Below are positions 10,374-22,300 of a stretch of 64,000 nucleotides of DNA, piece by piece. This DNA is from Massalongia carnosa (Eukaryota). A program made the position numbers and the translations under genes. The notes under the pieces were generated by a model. It did no database searches and had not been told where the DNA came from. It worked only from the letters and a program-made list of their open reading frames with translations. Positions within the stretch are counted from its first letter, which is position 1, and each line of letters opens with the position of its first letter. The stretch covers positions 1,860,001-1,924,000 of the forward strand of contig OZ287073.1 in NCBI GenBank assembly GCA_965645245.1, read 5' to 3'.

Positions 10374-10977
10374 TTGTGGCACAGCCTTCCCCGATTGAGC
10401 GTAAAATATCAACTCAATCATGTTATATACCCGTTTACAAAATGGTGTGCCGAACTTTGAACCCCGAACTGCGCGGTAAAAAAAAAATAAGCGACAGAAT
10501 TGGACCACGCACCAGAATTTGGTGCAGTAGCTAATAGCCTTCACATCACCTTTTGCAGTCTGTAGGATGAATGATATGTAGTGTTTTCATGTAGATCTTT
10601 ACTCTTGCTACCTCGTAGTTTCAAAAGTATTGTAATTGAAGCTCTGCTGGCATAGTAAAAAGCTCACTTTTGAAACGATTGATCTTTCTATCTACCTATC
10701 TAAGGACCGTGTTTATATAGATAGAAAAACATGCCGAAAACCGTTCTCCCTATGACTCACCTTCCTGCTTCCTAGAAATCTAAGATTGGTGATTGACTCA
10801 TATCCAATTTATGACTCGATGGGAATGTTCATAGAAGTTTTTGCGGTGCTTCTCGAGGTCGTTATGTGTTGCCTAATGTTCTTACCAACGCACTAATCCC
10901 AATGCGGTACTATGTGACTCTGAACACTTTACTAGGCATCAGCCGGGTGACTTTGCACATTACAACAAAAAGCAAAC

Positions 10978-11585
10978 ATGAGACGATCATTCAGCATCAT
11001 CAAACGCCAGGCTATAAAGTTCAGGCTGGAATCGGGTGAAGATGATAACACGATCATAACTGCTACTGGTGTCAGCAGCATCAGAAAACTACGTAAGATG
11101 AGACGTAAATGGGAACGGTTCAATGAGGTTGCAAACCCTCAGCTTGCTGCTGGCCGGCGCAAGAAACTGAATCAACAACAAATCGATCAACTACTCGTGT
11201 ATCTGGATCAGAGACCTACCTCTTCTTTGGACGAGATGTGCTGGTTTTTGTATGATGAATTTGACGTCTTGATGAGCGAGTCTACGGTTTCTCGAACTCT
11301 GAAGCAGATGGCCTGGAATCGAAAGATGGTCATTCGTATAGCACAACAACGCAACCAATCTTTGCGTGATGAGTGGATGATTAGACTGAGAGGATGAAGG
11401 GCTAATCAGTTGATTTTTCTGGACGAAAGCGCTGCATGCGAGCGTACTGGTCAGTACTATTTGAGGAACTTCTCTTTGCTAATTGTTATTACTTTAGATG
11501 ATCGTCGATATGAATGAGCCGCATCGGGAATCAAACCGACCATGATTCAAGCGCTCAAACGTTCTAAGAGATGGAGTATATTACA
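10978..11585 (+). pseudogene. Tc1/IS630-like transposase, truncated, with premature stops
   Basis: HTH region (LDEMCWFLYDEFDV..SESTVSRTLK), in-frame TGA at 11395, then LIFLDESA (first catalytic D), probable intron, then KRSKRWSIL; broken off by an LTR-like insertion. Confidence 0.8.
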
Positions 11586-11590
11586 TGAAC

Positions 11591-11818
11591 TGTTAGACTT
11601 TCATCATGGGCATCCATCTAGTGTTTATCTTCGGTGACCCTACCACGGGGGCCGAAGTGACCTCCGGGGACCGAGAATCAGTGGATCAGCTGACTCTCTA
11701 TGAAAGGGGGTCGCCGGAAAGTCTTCAATGTGACTGCTATATAATGAGTAGATAGCTCATATATAATCCACACCTTCAATGAAAATCATGCTATTATATC
11801 TACAAAGTGAAGCTATCA
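11591..11818 (+). repeat. Solo-LTR-like sequence related to the copia LTR at 3946-4255
   Basis: Shares CATCATGGGCATCCATC and TGTGACTGCTATATAA...CACCTTCAATGA.AATCATGCTA.TATA.CTACAAAGTGAA; no TSD found. Confidence 0.65.
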
Positions 11819-12017
11819 GCCGGAATAATCTCACTCTTTCACATGCTCGATCACATGCACTCGACATGTCCCCTTTCACATGTCCTCTGTATGTCCCCTT
11901 TCACATGTGTACTTAGTTATCATTTGAGCTATATATTCAGCTCTATCGAGCTCAGTAGTTCAATAAACTCAGTCTCTACTTCAACCCATCCTATGATCTC
12001 TCAGATCTCCATAGAAG

Positions 12018-13226
12018 CTATATTTTTATAGCATTGCAGGCTATAAGTGAAGATGTTTCACATGATGCAGGTGCATTGTTTCGACAGTCTAGTATTGAAT
12101 ATAATTCATAAAAATCAATTTCCTCATCAGCTACTGTCTGTTGAGGTAGGTAATAGTATGTGTGGGAAGGATTGATTGTTCTATCTAGGTGGCTGTCTAC
12201 TATGTTTATATAGCTAGATAGATGAGAGATGAATAAGATAGAGAGCAGGCACAGCGGCAGGGCAGGTTTGCCTTGAATCTCCCTGCCGTACCACCTCATT
12301 AGCTAGCCGTGTGCGGATCACTTGAGACGTTATTCCCAAGCCGTTGTGTTACCGTCTGGCACGGCACATAGGATGGCTGTCTCATCTAACACTGTCGTCC
12401 GTATCATCCTCCTCGTCCTCCTCGTCCTCCTCGTCCTCCAGATTGTCCTCCTCCTCCCCCTCCCCCTCCTCCTCCTCGTCTAGGTCCCTCCTTCTCCTCT
12501 CCCTCCTCCTCGTCATTCAAAGCCTTTTGTGTAGTCCTAGTAGTAAGCAGACGAACATTGAAGCTTGACCAGAAATTCTTTGACAGAGATTGACCGGAGG
12601 AACGTGATTCTGATGGAGGAGGAGGAACAATTATAGGTTCAGAATCGTGCTCGGATGATTGCTGCTTCAATTGGCTAGCAAATTTGCTGACATCGCGAGC
12701 CAAATGTATGTCGATGCCAGGTTCGATTCTCATTTTCTCTCATTTCTCCTCATAAGTAGTATCTTTTCACTGCTGAATGGTTTGTAAATCAGAGTGAACA
12801 AAATAGGCTCGGTCTCAGGCTCAGGCTCAGGTTTAGGAGCACTAGATAGCTTAGAAAGACAAGGAAAAGGCGCACTATTGCGAGTCGGACGAACATTCCT
12901 TGGCTCGGGGAGGAGGAGACGAGGAGGAGGTAAAGGCGAAGCCGAAGGAGAAGCTAGAAGAGATGATGAAGGTGAACGTGATGGAAGATCAGGAATACGG
13001 GTAGGAGAGGAGGTTCTATAGTCGGGTTCAGAGTGTTTAAACCTGATGATGATGATCTAGGAGGATTGATTCTAAGCCTTTGTTTGAATGGAGGTGTTGA
13101 GTTCCTAGGCAATTCAGTAGTAGATGCCCGTTTTCTGGGTTGTTTGAAGGGCTGTTTGGGGGGCTGTTTGGGGGGCTGTTTGGGGGGCTGTTTTGGAGGC
13201 TGTTTAGGAGGCTGTTTTCGAGGCAT
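12018..13226 (-). pseudogene. Pro/Ser/Glu-rich ORF of unknown function inside the Tc1 TIRs, frameshifted and split by a solo LTR
   Basis: ORF pieces 12954-13226 (PPKQ repeats), 12404-12733 and 12018-12138 on the minus strand, convergent with the transposase. Confidence 0.45.
12139..12391. repeat. Solo LTR (family A), TSD CTGTC
   Basis: TGTTG...TAACA, CTGTC on both sides, near-identical copy at 16501-17107. Confidence 0.9.
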
Positions 13227-13983
13227 GATGACTGGAATAATTACGTTAAAAGTTCATACAAACGACAATCAAAAGGATATCATTAATCGTACTATTCTAT
13301 ACTGCAAAAGGCGGTGTGAAGGGGAGGAGGGCCATTACCTACTGCACCAAATTCTGATGTGTGGTCCAATTCTGTCGCTTATTATTTTTTTTTTTACTGC
13401 GCAGTTTCGGGGTTCAAAGTTCGGCACACCAATTTGTAAACGGGTGTATCATACCGCCGTTTTTTATATGTGTTATTTTTATGTTTTGGAACCGCGCGGT
13501 CGAATATGTGCACTAAAGAACGACATCAAGGGATGGCGAGCATGCTTTTTAAACTCGATGCAAGCTGGACAAAAAGCCCGGGTCCCAGTCTACAATGGAC
13601 ATCGATTTGGGTGTCAAACCTGAATGCGGTCGATTCTCATCGCCGATCCTCGACCCCCTGTCGCGGCAGATGCCGCTAAGACTACGCCATTTCTTTCCCA
13701 CCTTTACCCCTCAATTTGCCGGGGTTGATATCGTTGCCGCCATGACCCCTTTTCCCTTCTATATAGGTAGCTAGATGTGGGCATTTCCCACATACAGAAT
13801 ACAGTCTTTTCATCCTTCCTGAATCCATGTGATTGGTCAGAATGGTTGACATTGGGTCACGAAAATAGAAAGAGAAAGTCGGTTGCAGTCGGTCATTGAT
13901 TCATAATTAGATAGTGCATCTCTATAGCTAGATTATCCACGGCAAAGCCGCACTGCGCGGATTTGCCACATGACATGTGGTCT

Positions 13984-15108
13984 CTACCTCTTTCTTCCCT
14001 TGGCTGCCTTTTTCGCTGATTTATTGGCCGCCTCTACCGGTCCAAGGTTGGATTTGGCGCTTTTGATTTTGGCGGCCTTCGGGGTCTTGATGTCCTTGGA
14101 GGTTTTTGCAGCTTTGCCGCGTTTGCTAGAACCTGAAAAATCTGTCGGGTCTTCTGGATCGCCAGCCGGGAGCTGGACCTCGGCTTTGTAGTCTATCTTG
14201 AAGCTAAATCCTTCACACTTAAATTCTTCAAAGGAAGGCCGGATTTTAAAGAGCTCGGCATCCTGTCCCTCCATGCCCATGAGGCAATGAATGCCTCTCC
14301 ACCACATGTAATACCAACCAGTTTCACCTTCCTCCACTATGTTCCCATCTAAATCGCGAGTGCTAGCGACCACCCAGATTTTAGCAGCATGGCCCAGAGG
14401 CATGCGGGTAGCGCGAGGCATGCCGGCATGGTTGAAGTCTGTGGGCCAAAATTTACTGAGCCGCTTTTGAGACATGGATCCCAGAAGCTTGGCAACAAGA
14501 AAATCATCAACCCTGACATCTTCGCGAAGAATGTCATCAAGGTTTTCTAAGGAGGGGTTCATGACGAGAGCGAAGGTATCATAGATACTGTAAGAACCTC
14601 TATAGATGGGCGCCTCCGAACCAACATTATCAAGGGCAGGATCGTAAACTTTGTAGCGGCTAGTGATAAATTTTTTGATCTGTGATCCTGGTTAACGAGC
14701 CGGTTTAATGACGCGCGTCTTCTTGATAGATGAGCTTGAGGTTTTATCCTCAGGAATGGGGTCGTCAAGCTCGCGCTTGGGAAGACGCTTAACCGCGGTC
14801 TTGGTAGCCTCTCCGCTTGTGATCTTTGTTTCGCTCTTAGTTCTCTTCTTGCTCGATCTACTGCTTGAATCTTGTTCCTTCTCCTCGGTGTCTACATCAA
14901 TTTTTTCTCCTGCCTTCTTGGACGCAGGAGTCTTCTTAGACGTAGGAGTCTTTTTATTCGCAGCCTGAGATGAGGGCAAAGGAACTGTCTCGGAAGGCGG
15001 GGATGTCTTGGGACTATTCACCACTGAACTAAGGCTTTGTGTCATGTAAAAGTGAGCAGAAGTCACCTGAGGTTTAGTAAACATCAACATGACATATCTC
15101 TTTCGCAA
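13984..15108 (-). CDS. Hypothetical Lys/Ser-rich protein(s), possibly one spliced or frameshifted gene
   Basis: Adjacent minus-strand ORFs 14692-15108 and 13984-14562 with protein-like composition; no recognised domain. Confidence 0.4.
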
Positions 15109-15572
15109 CCAGCCCTATGCCGACAGCAATATCATCTTGCACTGATTCTATCCTGTTTACTAGGAAGGGGTTTCAAAAGTAGATGTAGGTAGTATTCGAC
15201 AGGTTTAGATATCACTGCATAAAGATGAGAAAGCGAGACAAGCAATCACGAACGTAATGTTAGTTCAAACAATGTTTTGCAGATTAGGTTTGAAAAGCTG
15301 AAACACTTTTCAGGTGGGCATTAAATAGGTGACCACGACGGTCAGTCTTGGTGCGCGTAGATGAACTTTCTGGGAGGTATCCTGAAGCGTTGATCTATTA
15401 ACAAAGCTGATTAGGGCTAAGCTTGTATAATCGATGCGTGATGTTTTTTGTGTTCTTCATGAGTTGTTTTGTTGTCGTTCTTTCATCTTTATCCTTCTTC
15501 AGTTCAAAGTCATCATAAGTCACCTCAACAATCATCATGATCATCCTTCATATCAGCATCATGGGTCATCCT

Positions 15573-16091
15573 TATTGGAATTTGCCGAGATACCTGAATA
15601 TTTGCGACCTAGGTTCTTTTGCCTCCTGCTTACTAATTTCCAGATTAGGCAATCATATGCTATATGCGAAAAGCTTCAGATATCGGCACGATTTCGGCAA
15701 CTACGAGGAGGTAAAGGTATGCAGCAAGAATGCTACATTTCGGAGACAATTCAGCTGTTCATGATCACAGAGTGTCTCGGTGTCTCCGGTCAGCAATGAG
15801 GTGTATTTTGCCCAGCTGAAAAGGTTCAAAGGAAGCAGGTTCATGCATTTGATATAGGCCGAGATGGAGGCCCTCAAGCAGTATAAAGAGACGGTGATTC
15901 CTCATGTAATTTAGCTATTCAGTCGTTCAGAATTCAGTTCAGCAGATAGCTAAATTTGGAGTATCTTCACTGGAAATACGGAGTACCTGCATCACGTTTG
16001 CCAAGCACTTCTCTTTGCCTATCCTTGATAGCCCTAGACCCTCTTCTCCTGCATCCCGCTGCCGTATGCCTGGTTGGTTTTTTGTTCAACA
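15573..16091. repeat. Solo LTR (family B, TA...CA termini), TSD ATCCT
   Basis: TATTG...CAACA, ATCCT at 15568-15572 and 16092-16096; second copy at 17305-19170. Confidence 0.88.
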
Positions 16092-16500
16092 ATCCTCTGT
16101 GAGTCACTCATCATATCAGCGATCATTCATCGTATCAGCAGCATGTTCACCTCAATCATCCTAGACCACTTGTTATGTCAGCATAAAGGTCATCTTGACG
16201 GTCATGTCATACTCACATTACTCTCAAAAACGAACGACTAAAAACGGCAGGCAGAGGATCACAATCAGCTCGGATCTAGGATCTTCACGTCATGTAGTAG
16301 TAATCACTAGATAGATTGGGCTTGACCTGTCATTGACGTAAGCTAATTCCAGACCCATCTTCAGCATCAACACCAGCTCCCCCAACACCAGCTACCCCAG
16401 CATCAGCATCAACCGCTCCAATTCCAGTACCAGCTTCCCTAGCACTAGAGCGCGTGGGGCGCGACCCTCTTCATTTACTCTCGCATAGCCCTCTCTGATA

Positions 16501-17107
16501 TGTTGAGTTAAATAGGTAGGTAATAGTATGTGTGGGAAGGATTGATTATTCTATCTAGGTGGCTATCCTTTGGATTCTGTCCAACATTCGCCACCTATGT
16601 TGTTGCCTACACTAATGCCTATGCTAGTGATATCTATCCTGATGCTTACACTGATGACGTTTATCCTGATGCCTAAATGAAGGTAGCAATGTTGCTGGCT
16701 AAATAGGCAACATCAAGGAATCTAGGCATCAATAATGAGATTCTGGGGTCAGATATCATTATAAATAGGGCCTAGAATTCCTATGTAGATAGATGCTCTT
16801 TATCAGATTTGAATATCAGACTAGTAAACTATCATCTAGAATTCAGTCTTTTCACTTATCTTCCTAAGCCAAATACCCCTATCCTTTGATATCAGTCCCC
16901 TTCCAAAGCTATCTACTATGTTTATATAGCTAGATAGATGAGAGATGAATAAGATAGAGAGCAGGCACAGCGGCAGGGCAGGTTTGCCTTGAATCTCCCT
17001 GCCGTACCACCTCATTAGCTAGCCGTGTGCGGATCACTTGAGACGTTATTCCCAAGCCGTTATGTTGCCGTCTGGCACGGCACATAGGATGGCTGTCTCA
17101 TCTAACA
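16501..17107. repeat. Solo LTR (family A), TSD TGATA, interrupted by a family C solo LTR
   Basis: Matches 12139-12391 once 16568-16913 is removed; TGATA at 16496-16500 and 17108-17112. Confidence 0.9.
16568..16908 (+). repeat. Solo LTR (family C, CTTTGGA...TCCAAAG termini), TSD CTATC
   Basis: 341 bp, reverse complement of the LTRs at 23506-23846 and 30700-31040; CTATC at 16563-16567 and 16909-16913. Confidence 0.93.
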
Positions 17108-17540
17108 TGATAGCTGGAGGCACATAATGGCTCTTGTTGTGTTCGTGACCGAACGCTCGAACCGCGCGTTCAGTATTATGAAGGATGTTGCAAAAGAAAA
17201 ATTGCCAGAGCCTTTTATTATATTCTTGTTCTAAGTAGCAATTTCAACACTAAACGCTGCTGATGATTTGATACCTTGAAAATCCATTAAGCCCATATAG
17301 ATTGTATTGGAATTTGCTTGCCTTAGACGTGCCCGGTTAAGCCCCTTCGGGTTAGCCTTACAGAACGTTAAGCCCCTTCGGGTTAGCCTTACAGAACGTT
17401 AAGCCCCTTCGGGTTAACAGGTTGACTACGCAGCACATCTGTAGCAAGTCTGAGCCCAAAACTCAAGATTACGGTCAGATAAGGCTTAACGATCATGACA
17501 AGAACGATTTCGACCTTATAGTACAACGTCACAACTTCAT

Positions 17541-17710
17541 TGTAACGGTTCGACCAAGCGTGGTGCGGACGGCAGGACCTACAGCGAACATAGCAGAAGT
17601 CCCAGTTATAGTAGAATAGAGCTTGGTCTGCGGACTAAGTATTGTGCCTTTTGGTCGGGAGGACAGGTGGCGCAATGGTAGAAATCTATTCACTATCTCG
17701 CTTCGTCACA
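17541..17710. repeat. Short solo LTR, TSD TTCAT
   Basis: TGTAACG...CGTCACA with TTCAT on both sides. Confidence 0.75.
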
Positions 17711-17965
17711 TTCATTGTTTTCATGTTTGTAACGTCGTCGTCGCTTGATATGATCATGATCGATGTATTTTTGATTTTTTCGTTATAAATTTCAATCTTT
17801 ATTTATGTTTATAACGTGCAGAGCAATTTTACATACATCTTGTTATTTTCGTTTAGTCGATTCTCGATTTCTATGCAAAGTGCAATCAGATTGCCTGAAA
17901 CGGGGAGACCTTCTCCCAGCAGGCATTCACTACTGGAAGATGGGATCCACAGGGGCTACACAACG

Positions 17966-18399
17966 TGATGGTCACAATAGAGGTACAAAATAGGTAGGGT
18001 CGGGTCAAAGGGTAGACTAAATGCTACCTTTTTGAAGTGCTTGATCATTGATCTATATAGAATAGGATAATCCACAACCTAAGCTCTTCTTCCGTACCTT
18101 GCCCATACTACCTGGTATTTTCGGTCACCGAAACACTTCGGTCACCGAAAGACACGGGTAGATGAGACTAGGCAGGCGAGCTAGGGGAGGTGAGGCGAGG
18201 CGCGGGGATACTTCGTGTACTACGAAAACACCTCCATAATAAGTTAAGTCCCCACACTATGCCTGACTGGGTTAGGCGGGACCTTATTGTCTTGGTGGTT
18301 GTTTTGGCTGTGCGTATCCCACATAGCCACATAGGCCAGTCTTACGTTCAACGAACGCATACTAGGCCTACCCTATTACATTGCCCCACATGAACTTTA
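17966..18399. repeat. Probable solo LTR, TSD CAACG
   Basis: TGATG...TTTA with CAACG on both sides, internal TATA-like box and a short tandem repeat. Confidence 0.55.
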
Positions 18400-19302
18400 C
18401 AACGAACAGGAATTTCAGAAAACTTTCTATACAAATTCTACTTGAATTCTTTCGAAGAAATAGCCCGTGTCAAACGAAAAAGCAAGACGTCAAAATGTCG
18501 AAAAATCGCAATAATACACGATTTATTACGAATATCTGACCGTAATATTTAGTTTTGCGCTCAGACGTGCTATCGCAGCCACGTTAGTCAGCTGGGACGC
18601 TAATCCGAAGGAGCTTAGCTAAATAGGCTAACCCGGAGGGGCTTAGACGGCTCCTAGAGCCCACGCACGTCTGAGGTACTGAGGCAAGAATTTGCCGAGA
18701 TACTGCGACCGATTACTAATTTCCAGATTAGGCAATCATAAGCTATATGCGAAAAGAGATATCGGCATGACTTCGGCAACTACGAGGAGGCAAAGGTATG
18801 CAGCAAAAATGCTACATTTCGGAGGCAATTCAACTGTTCTTGATCACAGAGTGTCTCGGTGTCTCCGGTCAGCAATAAGGTGTATTTTGCCCAGCTGAAA
18901 AGGTTCAAAGGAAGCAGGTTCATGCATTTGATATAGGCCGAGATGGAGGCCTTCAAGCAGTATAAAGAGACGGTGATTCCTCATGTAATTTAGCTATTCA
19001 GTCGTCCAGAATTCAGTTCAGCAGATAGCTAAGTTTGGAGTATCTTCACTGGAAATACGGAGTACCTGCATCACGTTTGCCAAGCACTTCTCTTTGCCTA
19101 TCCTTGATAGCCCTAGACCCTCTTCTCCTGCATCCCGCTGCCGTATGCCTGGTTGATTTTTTGTTCAACAGACTGAATCCCTGTAAGGTAGAGGACGGCA
19201 AAACACCAATTCAATTTTCTCCTTCACATGCTGTTGACTCTTTAATTAAATTTGATTAAAGGAGAAAGAAAGTTTAAAGATCCATAGTAGACCTTTCATG
19301 AC

Positions 19303-22300
19303 TTATCCAAAATGATCCGGTATGGGCCTACTCTCAATCCCTGCCGCCTCGTCAACTTGCCCGTTTGCTTGATAAGCACCGGCGAGCGCATGCTGCGAAG
19401 CAAGCCGATCAGGATGATCTTCGACCAGCTTTTTACTAACCTTGACGACCTGCTCGAGCAGCTCGACGGCTTCATCAACTTGCCCATTTGCTTGATAAGC
19501 ACTGGCGAGCGCATGCTGCGAAGCAAGTCGGGACGGATGATCTTCGGCCAGCTTTTCTTTAACCTTGACAACGTGCTCGAGCAGCTCGACGGCTTCGTCA
19601 ACTTGCCCGTTTGCTTGATAAGCACCGGCTAGCTCATGCTGCGAAGCAAGTCGGTCAGGATGATCTTCGGCCAGCTTTTCTTCCACCTTGACGACATGCT
19701 CGAGCAGCTCGATGGCTTCATCAACTTGCCCGTTTGCTTTATAAGCACCGGCGAGCGCATGCTGCGAAGCAAGTCGGGACGGATGATCTTCGGCCAGCTT
19801 TTCTTCCAACTTGACGACGTGCTCGAGCAGCTCGACGGCTTCATCAACTTGCCCGTTTGCTTCATAAGCACCGGCGAGCTCATGCTGCGAAGCAAGCCTA
19901 GAGGAATTGTCTTCGGCCGATGTTCGAGATCGACACTCGACAATGTTTCTGAAAACATTAACCGCCTCTCCATGTTTCTCCTGTTGCAATGATACTCGTC
20001 CAGTAAAAATTTTGATTTGTAGTGCTACTTCCTGATCGGCTCTATATTTACTTTGCAGCCTCAAGTGGATGCGTTGAACAAGAAAAGCAAGCGAGCTCTC
20101 ATTCATGGTATAGAGAACGTACGCAAGTTGGAAAAGTATTGGAGCAGCTTCGATATCGGACATGCTCTCTGTGTATTCTTCGATTTCGTGGTTCACACAG
20201 GCTCGCACGTGAGGTAGGAGAAAGATAAAAAAAGGACAATAGGAGTACCATCCATGACATGATAGCGCAACGATAGTCGCGGCTGACTGCCACGCTCTAG
20301 ATCGACTTTGATTGTCTTGCCGCTCTTTAGCCCATGCATGCACCAGAGAATGCGCGGTAATAGTGATAGAATCGTCATTCTCGTGCACGGTGATGATCGA
20401 CAAAGATTCCAAGACTGTACAAGCTTTGCGCCATCGCAAGCGGTCTTGAAGGCTAGACCATCCCTGCTGAGCATATTCCGGCAGCCTCGCGACGTGACGC
20501 ACGGATAAAGATAAGACTTCGTCGTCATTACTTGTCCCCGTCTCCTTGAGCTCGGAGGCATATTCAGAAGCTTTCCGAAATATTGTCTCCGAAATTCTAC
20601 TGTTATGCATGAACGCAAGAGTATGAAGAAAGTTCAAAGCATTCAAATTCTCTGACAATTTAGAGTTCTGAAGATATTCTGCGGAAACCTCGAATGTCGT
20701 ATACACATTGCGGTACACTGACAGGTTTTGCTTTGAGTGAAACTTCAGAAGCTGCCCTCTTTGCTGCTGAAAGATGATCGGATACTGCTCGAGAGTTACA
20801 CAACTTTTGCCTGATAAACGCGCCTGCTTGAATAACTGCAAGCGTATGTGATTCAAGGATTCTGACAACGGCCATAGCAGCTTTCTCTTTTTCCTTCCAC
20901 CGACTCTCTGTTGTACAGCTAGCCCGGAGTAGGAGTTCCCGGGCAAGCTCAGGCTCGAGACCACTCAGCATTTCATGTCCCACGGTGTTGTATGTAGCGC
21001 ATTCTGGATTGCGTGTAGTGAGCAAGATGTCGCCTCTCCTACTGGGTGGCATATATTCGGAGTAGTCAATTTCTAGATTATCAGCATTGTCGAGGATCAG
21101 AAGCCACCGTTGACTACTGCAGGCTAGCCATGACTTCACATTTTCAAGGGTCGATTCAGTTACACCGCACCGTCGCCCTATCTCGATATATCCCTGCTCA
21201 GCCGTGGTGGTGGTCCTAACATCAAGCCAGAAAACCCCCCAGTACCTAGCTTGTCAGCAGGATATCGGCAAGGCGTTTAATTTCACTTACTCGTCTCGAT
21301 GATCTTCGGCAAACTTCAGACAGACTTCACTCTTGCCTGTACCACCAATACCGATGATGACGAAAAGTCTTTGTTGTTTCGCAGGCTTCGAGACATCAAA
21401 TGAAAGCACTTGAGCAAGGCGCTCCGCAATCTCTCCTCGTCCAGTATAGACACGGCTGGCGGAACGAGGCACCATCCATTGGCTGGCCGTTTTATAATCT
21501 GTGTACATTATATGGAGCTGTTAGGTGGCCACTGGTCTTGTAGTAAATCGAAGGTCTGCGTTTATAGCGGACAAGGGGGCTCAATAGTTATGAGATTACT
21601 GACCGGTGGAGTCTGACCACGCTGTTGTTTTGGGGTCTTGTAATGTGGGTCTCGGTTAGATTTGAAGCACGGTTAGCGGCGAGAGGACTGACTAAAGACT
21701 GCATTGTAGAAGTTTCCTTGGACCACTTGGCTGGTCCAAGCATGACTGTCACCAAACTGATTCGAGACCTGCTCGGCCATCGTACCCGACGTCAGCCGTT
21801 TGCGGTCACCCATCTCGGTCCTTATGCCGGTCGAAGTATCTCCTCGCTGATCTATGACTTTATTCACCGCTGACAAAAACAGGAAGATCAGCTTTTGAGT
21901 ATCTAAAAAACGAATTCAAGGCGAAGGAATCCTGAGCTCTCGACAACACCCACTAAAAGTAGTTGCGACGTCTTAAGTAAAATCACCGGAGGATATGAAC
22001 AAAGACTCGAGCCTGACCTGATTGTCCATCATTCCCCAATGCTCTGCGGACTGACTTTTCCCAGCGCTGAAGTTCACCTAGAATGGCGTTGTATCCGTGA
22101 TCTTCTCGGTTTGAGAACTTTGTCATGTCCTATGACGATTAGCAAATAGAACAACCGATGACATCACCCGAATTACCATGTGATTTGCGTGAATGCCATA
22201 ACAGCTATAACCCCTAATCTCTGCGGAATGTAAAGGCACAATCTAGACGAATTAGGATCAACGTCTAGTGTGATTCATTGACAATCATACTTCTCCAACC

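Larger units (their letters stand above)
10428..13446 (+). mobile_element. Tc1/mariner-like DNA transposon, decayed, carrying LTR insertions and a second ORF
   Basis: About 105-bp TIRs (10428-10531 versus 13338-13446) flanked by TA on both sides; transposase remnant inside. Confidence 0.88.
17318..18687. mobile_element. Non-autonomous derivative of the AcademH-like element, 8-bp TSD GAATTTGC
   Basis: Termini TTGCC...GGCAA, subterminal AAGCCCCTTCGGGTTAGC repeats, right end similar to 40935-41075; TSD at 17310-17317 and 18688-18695; empty site at 15578-15585. Confidence 0.88.
17305..19170. repeat. Solo LTR (family B) interrupted by a non-autonomous AcademH-like element
   Basis: Matches 15573-16091; flanks GATTG and GACTG (one mismatch). 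Confidence 0.85.

Noticed and set aside
10554..10926. Possible solo LTR inside the Tc1 element
   Set aside because: TG...CA ends are present but only 4 bp of flank match and there is no second copy in the window.
13033..13623. 196-aa plus-strand ORF with GGCL repeats
   Set aside because: Antisense reading of the PPKQ repeat that runs across a TIR; not a credible gene.
19296..19992. Several alternative-frame and antisense repeat ORFs (also 48545-49009)
   Set aside because: Shadows of the 126-bp TPR repeats.
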